Shown piece after piece: positions 20,074 to 30,028 of a stretch of DNA of 64,000 nt (its first letter is position 1; the number at the start of each line of letters is the position of its first letter). This stretch comes from an uncultured bacterium (lineage in GTDB: Bacteria > Hydrogenedentota > Hydrogenedentia > Hydrogenedentales > Hydrogenedentaceae), in contig CAKZKR010000043.1 in assembly GCA_937124615.1 (NCBI GenBank), forward strand, positions 1,615-65,614. Reading direction: 5' to 3'. A program made the translations under genes and the position numbers. The notes under the pieces are model-generated. The model was not told the DNA's origin and searched no databases. It saw only the letters and a list, made by a program, of their open reading frames with translations.

Positions 20074-21011
20074 TGATGAGCAAACGGGCTCTTGTTACCG
20101 GCGCCGGAGGTTTTGTCGGCAAATATTTAACAAAACATCTCCAAAACTGTGGGTGGGAAGTTCTTGGTTGCGACATGGTCCCCCATATAGGAGTACAGGT
20201 CTGTAATTTATTAAACAAACAAGAAACAGAAAATTTTTTAAAATCAATAGGTCCTGTGTCTCATGTATTTCATTTATCTGCTATTAGTTTTGTCCCACAA
20301 TCTATGCAGGACCCTCTTACCTGTTTCCAAACAAATACAGACAGTGTAGTTGGGTTAGCACATCTTCTGAATAAACATTACGGGGAAAAAACTTCCTTCA
20401 TTTTTATCAGCACTTCCGAAGTATATGGTCCCCCACATTATCTACCTATAGATGAACAACATCCCCTGAATCCACAAAATCCATATGCAATTTCCAAACT
20501 TTCCTCTGATTTGTACTGCCAATATCTCAACAAAAAAGGAGTATTATTCACAACAATTATCCGTCCTTTTAATCATTCTGGCGCCGGTCAAAACGAACAG
20601 TTTGTCCTGTCCAGTTTTGCAAAGCAATTTATCGAAATAAAAAAAGGGATAAAAAAACCTTTCCTCCATGTGGGGAATATTGATGTAGAACGAGATTTTT
20701 TACATGTACTAGATGTCGTCTGGGCCTATGAACTGCTTGCACAAAAAGAGGCTAATGGCGAAGTTTATAACTTATGTTCAGGGAAATCTCATTCCCTTAA
20801 ACAAATCATAGAACTTTTGCAGGTAATTACAGGAATAGAAGTCGAGATTTGTGTCGATTCAGAACGGACGCGAACAAATGATATACAAAGAATATATGGA
20901 AGTCATGAAAAGTTGAGAAAAATTATCCAATGGGAACCGAAACACAATATAAAAGATATTTTAACTGACTTACTGAACTACTGGAGCGAAAGAATAGAGT
21001 CCACAACTTAA
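20073..21011 (+). CDS. rmd: GDP-4-dehydro-6-deoxy-D-mannose reductase (GDP-D-rhamnose synthesis)
   Basis: follows gmd; ALVTGAGGFVG, NPYAISK, RPFNHSGAGQ, GNIDVERDF. Confidence 0.75.
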
Positions 21012-21019
21012 TGCATATC

Positions 21020-21049
21020 TTGCGTTTTTTATTCGTTTTTTTGTAAAAT
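21020..21049 (+). promoter_or_regulatory. possible sigma70 promoter of tRNA-His
   Basis: TTGCGT-N18-TAAAAT ending 10 nt upstream of the tRNA. Confidence 0.5.
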
Positions 21050-21059
21050 TAACCAAGGT

Positions 21060-21136
21060 GCCGGGGTAGCTCAGTTGGTTAGAGCACTGGATTGTGGTTC
21101 CAGATGTCCTGGGTTCGACTCCCAGCCCCGGTACCA
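21060..21136 (+). tRNA. tRNA-His (GUG) with encoded CCA and an atypical acceptor end
   Basis: acceptor GCCGGGG/CCCCGGT, D stem GCTC/GAGC, anticodon arm CTGGA-TTGTGGT-TCCAG, T arm CTGGG-TTCGACT-CCCAG, ACCA end. Confidence 0.96.
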
Positions 21137-22129
21137 TACTAATTTACTCTGTTTAATCTTGTTATCCTGCTCAACCAACCAGGCAAGCCCATCATCTAAC
21201 ATCTGTATTATTTTAATCCCGTCACTGTCTCGCAAACCGGGGTGTTCTATCGGATACCAGCGTATTTCTTTAGGTTCACCTGCCGCTTTATATAATATTT
21301 TTCCTGCTTCTGGCGTAACCAGAGTATCCTGGTCACCATTCAAAAACAGTACCGGGGTAGGCGATGTCCCTTTTGCATAATTAATTGGGTCGGCTACTTT
21401 CATAATAAAAGAAACGATAGGTTTCCCAATAGCATGAAGCCATTTCGGTACATTGTTTTTAATAGCAGGGGCATCTAACATCAATTTTATATTTCCACCC
21501 CCAACAACAAGAATTGATGCCTTTATCCGCTTATCAAATACAGTAAAAGTAGTTCCTGTAATGGCTCCATAACTCGAACCAACAAGATAAATTCTATTGG
21601 GGTCTATATCAGGATGGGTCTGCAAATAATCCACAAGTCTCCGGGCATCGTTAATGGTTTTCCATGGACGTTGACGAAATGCTATGGCCTGTTTCAACCA
21701 TCCTCCCTTTACTTTTCGTTCTCCTTGCATACTCTGGTCAAAACTTACCATAGCAAACCCTTTTTCTATAAAGGGACCTCCTATTTCATGAATAAACCCT
21801 TTACTCTGCCCGATTCCATGAAGGAAAACAACACAGGGAACTTTCCCTTTTAATTCAGTGGGTAGTAATAATAGAGCCGGCACGCGTTCTCCCGGTCTAC
21901 TTTCATAAGAAAACTTTATGCTTTGAAAATGCCTGGGACGACGAACATTAAATACTTCTATCTCATCGTTAATTTCTTTAACCTCTTCTACTCTCGCATT
22001 TAATGGAAGACTCGGATTGTAGTTATTAAAATAGGTACGGTCTGCATAAAATTTAAATAAAAATAAAACAATAACCAATATTAAGACAGCAATACCGACC
22101 CACTTCATTATTTTTTTTACTATACTCAT
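21071..22129 (-). CDS. alpha/beta hydrolase (acetyl xylan esterase/dienelactone hydrolase-like), membrane anchored
   Basis: VFLHGIG, nucleophile GSSYG, NGDQDTLV, H in YPIEH; 3' end overlaps tRNA-His antisense. Confidence 0.85.
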   Translation of the reverse strand: MSIVKKIMKWVGIAVLILVIVLFLFKFYADRTYFNNYNPSLPLNARVEEVKEINDEIEVFNVRRPRHFQSIKFSYESRPGERVPALLLLPTELKGKVPCVVFLHGIGQSKGFIHEIGGPFIEKGFAMVSFDQSMQGERKVKGGWLKQAIAFRQRPWKTINDARRLVDYLQTHPDIDPNRIYLVGSSYGAITGTTFTVFDKRIKASILVVGGGNIKLMLDAPAIKNNVPKWLHAIGKPIVSFIMKVADPINYAKGTSPTPVLFLNGDQDTLVTPEAGKILYKAAGEPKEIRWYPIEHPGLRDSDGIKIIQMLDDGLAWLVEQDNKIKQSKLVWYRGWESNPGHLEPQSSALTN

Positions 22130-22223
22130 AAGACAACACTCCTTATCGCTCTGTTTAAAAAATTAATAAAACCCTTTTTATGACATTCTATTTAATAAAT
22201 TTGTTTCAATAACTAATTATCTC

Positions 22224-24524
22224 TTATGGATTCCTTCCCATAACAAAAGATATATCATTTGAAGCATTATTTGCAAAGATTAAATCATAAATACCATCTT
22301 TGTCAATATCAAAAGGAATACCGGATATAGGACTATGCCCTGCATAATAAAAATACGCTGATGAAAACTGCAAATTTCCTTTGTTTAGCACCACAGATAT
22401 AGTACTATCTCCATTAATCGATATTAAATCTGTAAACCCATTGCTATCAATATCCCAGGAGAACACCGACTTGGGGTTCTTTCCTATCTTAATGTCACCG
22501 GTGTTTACAAAAGTCCCATCCGGTTTGGCACCAAAAATTACTACTGTCTGCCCGGTAGGATGAACGGTCACGGCTTCTAAATCACCATCCCGGTCTAAAT
22601 CAACGAGGAGAAGTCCTCTCGGATTTCCATTTGTTGCATATCTCTTCTGAGTCCCTTTATCAAAGGTGCCATCTCCTTTACCAAACCAACATACAAAACG
22701 AGATGGGGCCTGGTCATTGGGGTCATCCGGATCTTTACTACTAACAAACAACAAATCTAATTTACCATCACGGTTTACATCTGCTAACTTTACAGCCATA
22801 GGGTAATTTCCCACTATCGTTTCTTTTGCAGAACCAAATGCACCTGTTCCATCTCCGAGGAGTACAGAGATAGTATCTGCACCCGGGTTGGCCGTTACAA
22901 TATCTTTATTCCCATCATTATTTACATCCCCCACAGCAATTGAAGAAGGATATGGACTATGTGAAAACGACGGCTCCTTTACAGAATAAGTCCCTTTCTT
23001 TTGAAAAAGACCCTGTCCATTATTCAGATAAACAGTTACTCCCATAACGCCTCTCTCACAAAAAACAAGGTCCACTGAATTATTATTTTTATCAATGGGT
23101 GTACATACAATAAATTGAACGATACCTGTAACATCTGTCTTACTTTTTTCTACTAAAGAGAGGTTTGTGTTGACTTGAAAAACTCTAAAATTAGCATTCC
23201 GATTGGAACATACAACGATCTCATTTGAAGAATTACCATCAAAATCACCAAAACTCATAGTCCCTATATCACCATCAAATAGAGGTCTCGTTTCTATTTT
23301 ATTGAAAGTTTTTCCATCTCCATAAATCACACCTATACGGTTTAAACCTGAAAGGGTAAAAACTAAATCCTTATGCGTATCTGCATTTAAATCCACTTTA
23401 TCTATATCAATAGCACCTATTCCCAGATTTATTGTCTTTTGATAAACAAAAGTTCCCGATTGATTCCCATAAAAAATCTCCGCAGAGGCCAAAGGTCCAA
23501 TTGCTGATGCTCCTGTACTTAATGTTAATTCTCCATATAACAATCCAACTAAATCTATGTATCCGTCTTCATTCAGATCCTCCAATAAAAATTTCATCGG
23601 AAGTGCACACGATTGTATGGTCCCTGCTGATGTAAAACCTCCATTATCATATATTAGCAAAGAATAATTTCCACTACCTGCATTGGCAACGACTAAATCC
23701 AGATAAGTATCACCATTAATATCCATCGAATCAACACACCTTGGATATGTCCCCACATTATAGTCATTTTTTACAGAGAACGGATTATCCGGCTGGCTTA
23801 AAAATACCGAGATATTATTACTATCCCGATTGGAAACTACTAAATCTACTTCACCATTTTTATCCAAATCCACGGGTAATAGCCATCGTGGAGTATCCCC
23901 ACACTTAACATAGTGGATTTCTGTCCATGTACGATTCCCGTTATTTAATGTATAACCAACTTCTCCCATTCCCGACTCCGCTATTATCATATCAACATAT
24001 CCGTCCTTTTTAATATCGGAAAATGCCAGAGCCAGAGGTTTCGCCCCTTCTCTCAAAGGAATTGTTTCTGCTTCTTCAAAAGTTCCATCTCCTTTCCCAT
24101 AGAGTAAAGATACAGAGTTTCCATTTTGATTAACTACAGCAAGGTCATCATACCCATCTCCATCTATATCGATGCTTATTATCATTCCGGGACCTTTTCC
24201 TACTTGATAATCTACATGCAGATTAAAATTCCCCTTCTCAGAATTGCGTAACAAAACAGCCACATTATTCGTATCATAATTAGTAACTGCAATATCGGGT
24301 GCCCCGTCTCGATTAAAATCTCCGTGGGTTAAATAATGACTGATACCACCTGTCGGATAATGATAAGGAGAGTGAAAAAAACGAACCTTAACATTTGGGT
24401 CGGAATTTTCCATCCCATCACAACCCGAGAACAAAAAAACAGTAATTAAAAACAAACAGAAACTATATTGTAAAAAAAGAATTTTATGCATAATATACCT
24501 TCTATCGGTTATACTTTTATACAT
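22224..24524 (-). CDS. FG-GAP/VCBS repeat beta-propeller lipoprotein
   Basis: many DxNxDGxxDL repeats; lipobox FSGC; true start may be the downstream Met (MHKIL). Confidence 0.88.
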   Translation of the reverse strand: MYKSITDRRYIMHKILFLQYSFCLFLITVFLFSGCDGMENSDPNVKVRFFHSPYHYPTGGISHYLTHGDFNRDGAPDIAVTNYDTNNVAVLLRNSEKGNFNLHVDYQVGKGPGMIISIDIDGDGYDDLAVVNQNGNSVSLLYGKGDGTFEEAETIPLREGAKPLALAFSDIKKDGYVDMIIAESGMGEVGYTLNNGNRTWTEIHYVKCGDTPRWLLPVDLDKNGEVDLVVSNRDSNNISVFLSQPDNPFSVKNDYNVGTYPRCVDSMDINGDTYLDLVVANAGSGNYSLLIYDNGGFTSAGTIQSCALPMKFLLEDLNEDGYIDLVGLLYGELTLSTGASAIGPLASAEIFYGNQSGTFVYQKTINLGIGAIDIDKVDLNADTHKDLVFTLSGLNRIGVIYGDGKTFNKIETRPLFDGDIGTMSFGDFDGNSSNEIVVCSNRNANFRVFQVNTNLSLVEKSKTDVTGIVQFIVCTPIDKNNNSVDLVFCERGVMGVTVYLNNGQGLFQKKGTYSVKEPSFSHSPYPSSIAVGDVNNDGNKDIVTANPGADTISVLLGDGTGAFGSAKETIVGNYPMAVKLADVNRDGKLDLLFVSSKDPDDPNDQAPSRFVCWFGKGDGTFDKGTQKRYATNGNPRGLLLVDLDRDGDLEAVTVHPTGQTVVIFGAKPDGTFVNTGDIKIGKNPKSVFSWDIDSNGFTDLISINGDSTISVVLNKGNLQFSSAYFYYAGHSPISGIPFDIDKDGIYDLIFANNASNDISFVMGRNP

Positions 24525-24585
24525 GATATCCGTCCAAAATATAATGTTGAAAATATATTATATTATATAGAAAAGCACCTTTTTT

Positions 24586-25299
24586 ATGAAAAGAATCTCT
24601 GTTGTTTCCGATTTACATATATTTTGTTCCCGTTCCAATTGGAAAACAAAACTATATGCAATAGAAGAAGCCCTTCAATCTTCGGATATATTCGTATTTA
24701 ATGGCGATACTTTTGATTTTCATTGGGTCGAAGAAAAAACGAACGAGCAAGTTTTTCAGAAAGCCATCGATTTTTTAAAGAACCTTGCAAAAAAAAATCC
24801 ACAATGCCATATCCATCTTAACTTAGGGAATCACGACCACCGTAGGGAATTTTGTCAACTTTTAGAACAATTAGAAAAGGAAATCCCTAATTTTTCATGG
24901 CATCCTTATTATCTGAAAGTAGGAAAAATTGTTTTTCTACATGGTGATGTGTCTATTCGCAAAATGAGCCATAGTCAATTAACAAAATATCGTGGCAGAT
25001 GGGAACGCAAACCACTGCGAAGGAGTTCCATTGTCAATCAAATCTACGATGTAGCGGTTCATATGCGGACCCATGTGGCTTTATCCCATATTTATTTTCG
25101 TCATCGGAGAACAGCACGGAATTTACTCTGGTATCTCGACGAGTTAGAATTGGGTAGCGACGCAGGTATATCTGAGGTATATTTTGGTCACACACATGTT
25201 CCTTTACGGAACTTTCGTTATAAAGGAATTACTTTCCACAATACAGGAACCGCATACAAAGGGATGAAACTTCGAATCCTTCGCACTCTGGTTTTATAG
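24586..25299 (+). CDS. calcineurin-like metallophosphoesterase (LpxH-like)
   Basis: SDLH, NGDTFD, GNHD, HGD, GHTH. Confidence 0.85.
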   Translation: MKRISVVSDLHIFCSRSNWKTKLYAIEEALQSSDIFVFNGDTFDFHWVEEKTNEQVFQKAIDFLKNLAKKNPQCHIHLNLGNHDHRREFCQLLEQLEKEIPNFSWHPYYLKVGKIVFLHGDVSIRKMSHSQLTKYRGRWERKPLRRSSIVNQIYDVAVHMRTHVALSHIYFRHRRTARNLLWYLDELELGSDAGISEVYFGHTHVPLRNFRYKGITFHNTGTAYKGMKLRILRTLVL

Positions 25300-25344
25300 T
25301 GTCCTTACCACTCTGTAATAAAAATGACTCCTATGCTGTTCTAT

Positions 25345-26097
25345 CTATAATCCAAGGTCGTCCATAACTTTGTTTTGTTTGTTTGAATAATCATTCTGGA
25401 TATTTCCCACGCTCTGGCGAGAATACGAACCTACAGCCCCTGATGAGTTGGTCATACCATTTATTTGTTGTTGAATAGCTATACCACCTGTAACAGAATT
25501 CATAGGATATGTCCCTGCCACAGGTGTACTGGGGGTAGGAACTTGTGATGTTTGACCTCCTGCAATCCCTGGATGCAAAACAGCCCCTGTCTGCGAATTG
25601 TAAATGAACGCCTGCCCACTACTCGTCCGCGGGACAAAACTCAAATAAGAGGGATAAAGACTATCTAATGTCGCCGGATAATAACCTGTTGCCTGTGCAT
25701 ACTGGACTATTGCATACTTAACTTGTTCCATCTTACGGACATCTTCTGTTGGTATACTCGCAGGTACTATAATTACCTGACCGGTCCCAGGGTCGAAACT
25801 ATAAACACTATCTCCTGACGGCAAAGGCAATGAAGGCAAATATTGGGGAACTAAATCATTTAGAGAGGTCGGATATCGTCCATTTTCTGCTCTGAAAGTT
25901 TGAATAGCCCGTTCAAGATTTATCTTGCCTGTTTGGTCCGCAATACCTTGAACCTGTCTCTGTATGCTTTTCATTTGTTGAGCCTGTAATTCTCCCTGTA
26001 TGGCTGTAGTGGTAAGCAACTCTACACCACAACCTGAAATAACAAATGACATAATCCCAAAAACCGTGATTATCAAAAAAGTAAACGGTAACTGCAT
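25345..26097 (-). CDS. lipoprotein with two tandem GspG/pseudopilin-like repeats
   Basis: lipobox ISGC; repeats AIQTFRAENGRYPTSLNDLVPQYL and AIVQYAQATGYYPATLDSLYPSYL. Confidence 0.7.
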   Translation of the reverse strand: MQLPFTFLIITVFGIMSFVISGCGVELLTTTAIQGELQAQQMKSIQRQVQGIADQTGKINLERAIQTFRAENGRYPTSLNDLVPQYLPSLPLPSGDSVYSFDPGTGQVIIVPASIPTEDVRKMEQVKYAIVQYAQATGYYPATLDSLYPSYLSFVPRTSSGQAFIYNSQTGAVLHPGIAGGQTSQVPTPSTPVAGTYPMNSVTGGIAIQQQINGMTNSSGAVGSYSRQSVGNIQNDYSNKQNKVMDDLGL

Positions 26098-26192
26098 GAC
26101 GAAACTCCTTCTAACTTACTTATTTATCCTATTAGTATTCTATCATTAAAACGATATTTATCCATACATTGTTTCCTATATTTCAACCATTT

Positions 26193-26228
26193 AAAAAACT
26201 ACCGGCGTGCGTTTTTCAACACACGCCG
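26193..26228 (-). terminator. intrinsic terminator after flgM
   Basis: stem CGGCGTG(C)GTT/AAC(A)CACGCCG followed on the - strand by GTAGTTTTTT. Confidence 0.7.
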
Positions 26229-26254
26229 ATAAAAATGGCAAACTTAATATATTA

Positions 26255-26575
26255 TTACCTTAATATTTTTAGAATCTTCTCTGCCACCTTTTGTACTACT
26301 TCCGGCTTCTTATAATCTTCCCGTTCTAAATGTTGTCTTGCTTCTTCTATTTTCTCCGGACGAATTGCCTCTTGCTCTTTACTAACTTGTATTAACCGCG
26401 ATAATTCTGCGGCCGCTTGGGCTTCAGAACTAATAACGACCTGGTCTTCTTTGGGAATATCTGCTTTACCCGAACCTTTTACATCTTTAACTGAACTATC
26501 GCGGTCGCTCTTCACTTTTGTCGGTTTTTCCGGCACCGGTTCTGGTATCCCACCGACACTTTGAATTCCGACCAT
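26255..26575 (-). CDS. flgM: anti-sigma28 factor FlgM
   Basis: DQVVISSEAQ...IRPEKIEEARQHL..EDYK..VAEKIL FlgM pattern; GGAGG RBS before ATG 26575; sigma28 promoter upstream. Confidence 0.82.
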   Translation of the reverse strand: MVGIQSVGGIPEPVPEKPTKVKSDRDSSVKDVKGSGKADIPKEDQVVISSEAQAAAELSRLIQVSKEQEAIRPEKIEEARQHLEREDYKKPEVVQKVAEKILKILR

Positions 26576-26615
26576 TTTACTTTCCTCCAAACATATATTT
26601 TATTTTACATATAAT

Positions 26616-26643
26616 TTATCGGCAAAATAAACCTGTTTCTTTA
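26616..26643 (-). promoter_or_regulatory. sigma28 promoter of flgM
   Basis: TAAA-N16-GCCGATAA about 40 nt upstream of the flgM start. Confidence 0.8.
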
Positions 26644-26809
26644 ATAAAAATCCATTTTTTTTATAAAAACATAACTTATTGAAATATAATTATTTAATAC
26701 ACAATCCTCTTCAACAAAACGGTTGGAATTTCTTTTAGTATCCGGTTATGCTTTATTATAACAAAATTATATTAAATACTCAAAGGTAATTATAAACTTT
26801 ACAACTTAT

Positions 26810-28213
26810 ATGAGATATATATATAAATTTTCTTTTATTGCTATTGTTTTCCTTTTTATTTTTACGGCAATTCTTGTTTTTCTTCGGGTACCGGAAAAGG
26901 AGTTTAAGGGATACCTTGTGAAGGATACAGGTCTATTTGTATATTTTGCCGATTTTCCTTCATTCTGGAGTTCTTTTAAAAAAGACACTATTGCTATTTC
27001 TGCATCTAAACACCTTTTTAACTATTTTTATGATATAGAACTTTTTTTTCGGAAAAGATTTGGTATAAGACCAACTCCATTGCGTTGGAAAATCTGGGCT
27101 GGAAAACCTTTACTGATAAGTTGGAATACATCCGGTGATTACTTGCTATCATTCAAACCCAGCCTTTTGTTCCGCCTATTCATCCTACCTTCACTCAACA
27201 TAAAAAACGCTATTGAAATAAATAAAACCGATACCGAAACAAAGTTTTATTATTTATGGAAAGGGGAAGAACTTCTAATTAGTAATACAGAAACCACTTT
27301 TAACCAAATTATCCCCTTTACTTCCAAACCACTAAATATGAGTAAAAGTATGGCTTGTATAAGGATAGAAAAAGGTTTGAACGCACTCCTTTTTATTCAT
27401 GCAGAAAATAAACTCTTTATGGATGGAAAAATTATTCTGGACAAATGGGTAGAAGACAATTTCCTTAACCTAACAAATTTTCAAGACTCTAATCTTTCAT
27501 TTGCTTTCCCCTATAAACCCATAATAAGTCTATTATCCGAGACTTATATAAAAAACCTTGTTATATCACCGCTACCTGAAAAAGTTTCACAACCTTTGTT
27601 TATATGGTTATCATCTTTTAAGAATACCTCCATTGAAAAATTGTATCATCAATTTTTGCAAAAAAAGATGCTAGAAAACGCTATCCTTTTCTACAACAGA
27701 ACATCTGAAAAGTTTTCCAACCCTATACCCGAATTTGGTTTATGGTTTCCCTATGAAAAAAATAATATTCAATACCTTCTTTCTGAACTTGATTTGGACT
27801 GGCAATATTATATAAAAAAATGGGGCCCTTACAAAGGATATATTGTTCCTATATGGAACAATGCTTTCTGCCTTTCTCTGCTTTACTATCAAAAGGGGTG
27901 GTTAATATGTTCCCAAGAACCACTGATGGCAAAAATAGTAGATTTGATTGGAGAGAGCAAAAATAATCAAAGAACTTCTCGTATACTGACCGTAAATTTT
28001 AGTCAACTTAGTGATGACTTAGAAAAAATTTTCCTTTGGGGTGCTCAAAAGGAATTCATAATCGATATAAATGAAAGAGATATGACGAACCTTTTTTCTC
28101 CATGGAAAGAATTTTTTAAAGAAATTGGGACATTCACTATTAACACTCGTACTATTCAGCATGATAAAGAAACTTCTATTTTCATCAGTGGGGGATTTAC
28201 TAATGAGAATTAG
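26810..28213 (+). CDS. hypothetical membrane-anchored protein
   Basis: 467 aa ORF with N-terminal TM; no motif recognised. Confidence 0.75.
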   Translation: MRYIYKFSFIAIVFLFIFTAILVFLRVPEKEFKGYLVKDTGLFVYFADFPSFWSSFKKDTIAISASKHLFNYFYDIELFFRKRFGIRPTPLRWKIWAGKPLLISWNTSGDYLLSFKPSLLFRLFILPSLNIKNAIEINKTDTETKFYYLWKGEELLISNTETTFNQIIPFTSKPLNMSKSMACIRIEKGLNALLFIHAENKLFMDGKIILDKWVEDNFLNLTNFQDSNLSFAFPYKPIISLLSETYIKNLVISPLPEKVSQPLFIWLSSFKNTSIEKLYHQFLQKKMLENAILFYNRTSEKFSNPIPEFGLWFPYEKNNIQYLLSELDLDWQYYIKKWGPYKGYIVPIWNNAFCLSLLYYQKGWLICSQEPLMAKIVDLIGESKNNQRTSRILTVNFSQLSDDLEKIFLWGAQKEFIIDINERDMTNLFSPWKEFFKEIGTFTINTRTIQHDKETSIFISGGFTNEN

Positions 28214-29996
28214 GAACATTATCTTCCCCTACATCATTTTTATTATTCTACAAATACATGTTTTAACATATCCAGACACTCCGGGAAATGAGGATTGTTT
28301 GCTAATTGGAAATGAAAACTTACTCGTTGGCATAAAAAATGACGGGAGTATTTCTTTTTCAAGATGGCATGGAGTCGGAGGAAGTAATCATATAGGACAT
28401 TATTACGATACCTCTCAACAAATTACAGATAATAAACCCCTTCTTGAACCAACCGCATTTCTATTACAAGTTCAGGATTCTCTTTACTATTTGACGGGGT
28501 CCCATAACAATCTTGTTCAGGGGAAATATACAAAACCTGAAATTCCTTTGCTTGAATTCGAGGGGAGGACAGAAAATAAAGAAATAACATGGCAACAGGA
28601 AGTTTTTGTTCATCCTACCCGGGACATTATTTGTATCCGTTTCAATTTTAATACCAACCTGCAGGAGGATATAAACGAATATTTTATATCTTATCAGGAT
28701 ATCTCCCCCAAACCTTTACCCATTCCTGAAAATGCTTTTCTAAATAGCATAGACCAATTTCAGAAAGATTTTTGTGTCTTTTGGGATAAAATTCTCCAAA
28801 CACTGGTATATTTTCGTCCCTATAAAGCAGGAATATCCGATTTGCACAGGCTACAGCAAATAAAAAGTTCTTCTGATATACCTCAAAAATTTTGGCGCAA
28901 ATTTGAGGAAGGAGTCTATATTGGGATTTCATCTATAAATCCGATTAAGGGGACCAATATTTTTGTATGCCCAATGTTAGATACTCAACTCTCACACATT
29001 GCAAGTCAGGGATTTCCTACAAACTTACATACTTTCGATGATTTTTCTTCATCACTTGTTATTGAACCCACAAAAGCGGTAAATCATACAAAAGAAATTC
29101 ATCTCTTCTATATTTTTGCAAGTAACTATTCAGAAATGGAAAAAACTATTCAGTGGCTCAAAACGCAGGACTATAGCCGGGTTAAAGAAGAGTTTTATTC
29201 TCATTGGAAAACGAAATGGGATATAGCGAGGGAAAATATAAAAGAAAATATTGCAAGTAATTGGTTAAAACTATATTTATGCTCCGAAGCAACAACGGGA
29301 GCAATCTTAACACAACCCTTTGACCCCATTTTAGGAAATCAAATATCATTACGAGATTCTTTTTTGTTAATTCAATCTATAAAAGATATGAATATGACCG
29401 ATTTTTCAAAAAAAATGGTTCTTTTCTGGTTCAAAATTGGGAAAGAACGAAATAATACATCAAAACAAACTTTTCCTCTTCGAGTTTATCCTGACGGGAC
29501 CCCTGCCTGTCCTGATTATTGGGCTGATATTACTCAAACTTCTTACTTTATTTCTATGGTTGATTCTTTAATGGACAATATGAACTTCCAGGAAAAAAAG
29601 GATTTTCTAAATGAAATATGGGATGTCCTTGTATGGGGCATTAACAACCTTTGTCTGTGGAGAATTCCCGGAGACTTACTTCCGGCCCCTTCATTTATGG
29701 AAATACTAAATCGAGATTCACAAACAGCCAATCTCCTTATCAACACTATCATTGGAATACAAAAGGGCCTACAACTGGCAAAAACAATATACCAACCTAT
29801 ACCCGAATTCTGGGAAACAAGAGATAGAGAACTTCAAACATGGATTCGTCTTGCAATATTAAAAAAGGAAGCCCTGGAAATATTCCCCAATAAGGAGTCC
29901 CCCTACTGGAAAAAAGTTTTCCCATCAAATCATATCATCTGGCAAATTCCTGTAAAATATAATGGGAGTATAATACTTCTAAAAGATATTAACTAA
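28203..29996 (+). CDS. secreted protein, possibly a divergent GH15/glucoamylase-like protein
   Basis: signal peptide; LIGNENLLVGIKNDGSI N-terminus, TGAIL and RD motifs resembling GH15; overlaps the upstream stop. Confidence 0.55.
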   Translation: MRIRNIIFPYIIFIILQIHVLTYPDTPGNEDCLLIGNENLLVGIKNDGSISFSRWHGVGGSNHIGHYYDTSQQITDNKPLLEPTAFLLQVQDSLYYLTGSHNNLVQGKYTKPEIPLLEFEGRTENKEITWQQEVFVHPTRDIICIRFNFNTNLQEDINEYFISYQDISPKPLPIPENAFLNSIDQFQKDFCVFWDKILQTLVYFRPYKAGISDLHRLQQIKSSSDIPQKFWRKFEEGVYIGISSINPIKGTNIFVCPMLDTQLSHIASQGFPTNLHTFDDFSSSLVIEPTKAVNHTKEIHLFYIFASNYSEMEKTIQWLKTQDYSRVKEEFYSHWKTKWDIARENIKENIASNWLKLYLCSEATTGAILTQPFDPILGNQISLRDSFLLIQSIKDMNMTDFSKKMVLFWFKIGKERNNTSKQTFPLRVYPDGTPACPDYWADITQTSYFISMVDSLMDNMNFQEKKDFLNEIWDVLVWGINNLCLWRIPGDLLPAPSFMEILNRDSQTANLLINTIIGIQKGLQLAKTIYQPIPEFWETRDRELQTWIRLAILKKEALEIFPNKESPYWKKVFPSNHIIWQIPVKYNGSIILLKDIN

Positions 29997-30028
29997 AAGT
30001 TTGCCAAATTTTATAAAAGAAATACCCC

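Noticed and set aside
21075..21380. 101-aa + strand ORF
   Set aside because: translation of the tRNA-His gene and of the hydrolase antisense strand
26225..26232. GCCGATAA on the + strand as a fourth sigma28 promoter
   Set aside because: no TAAA at the correct spacing, and it forms part of the flgM terminator stem
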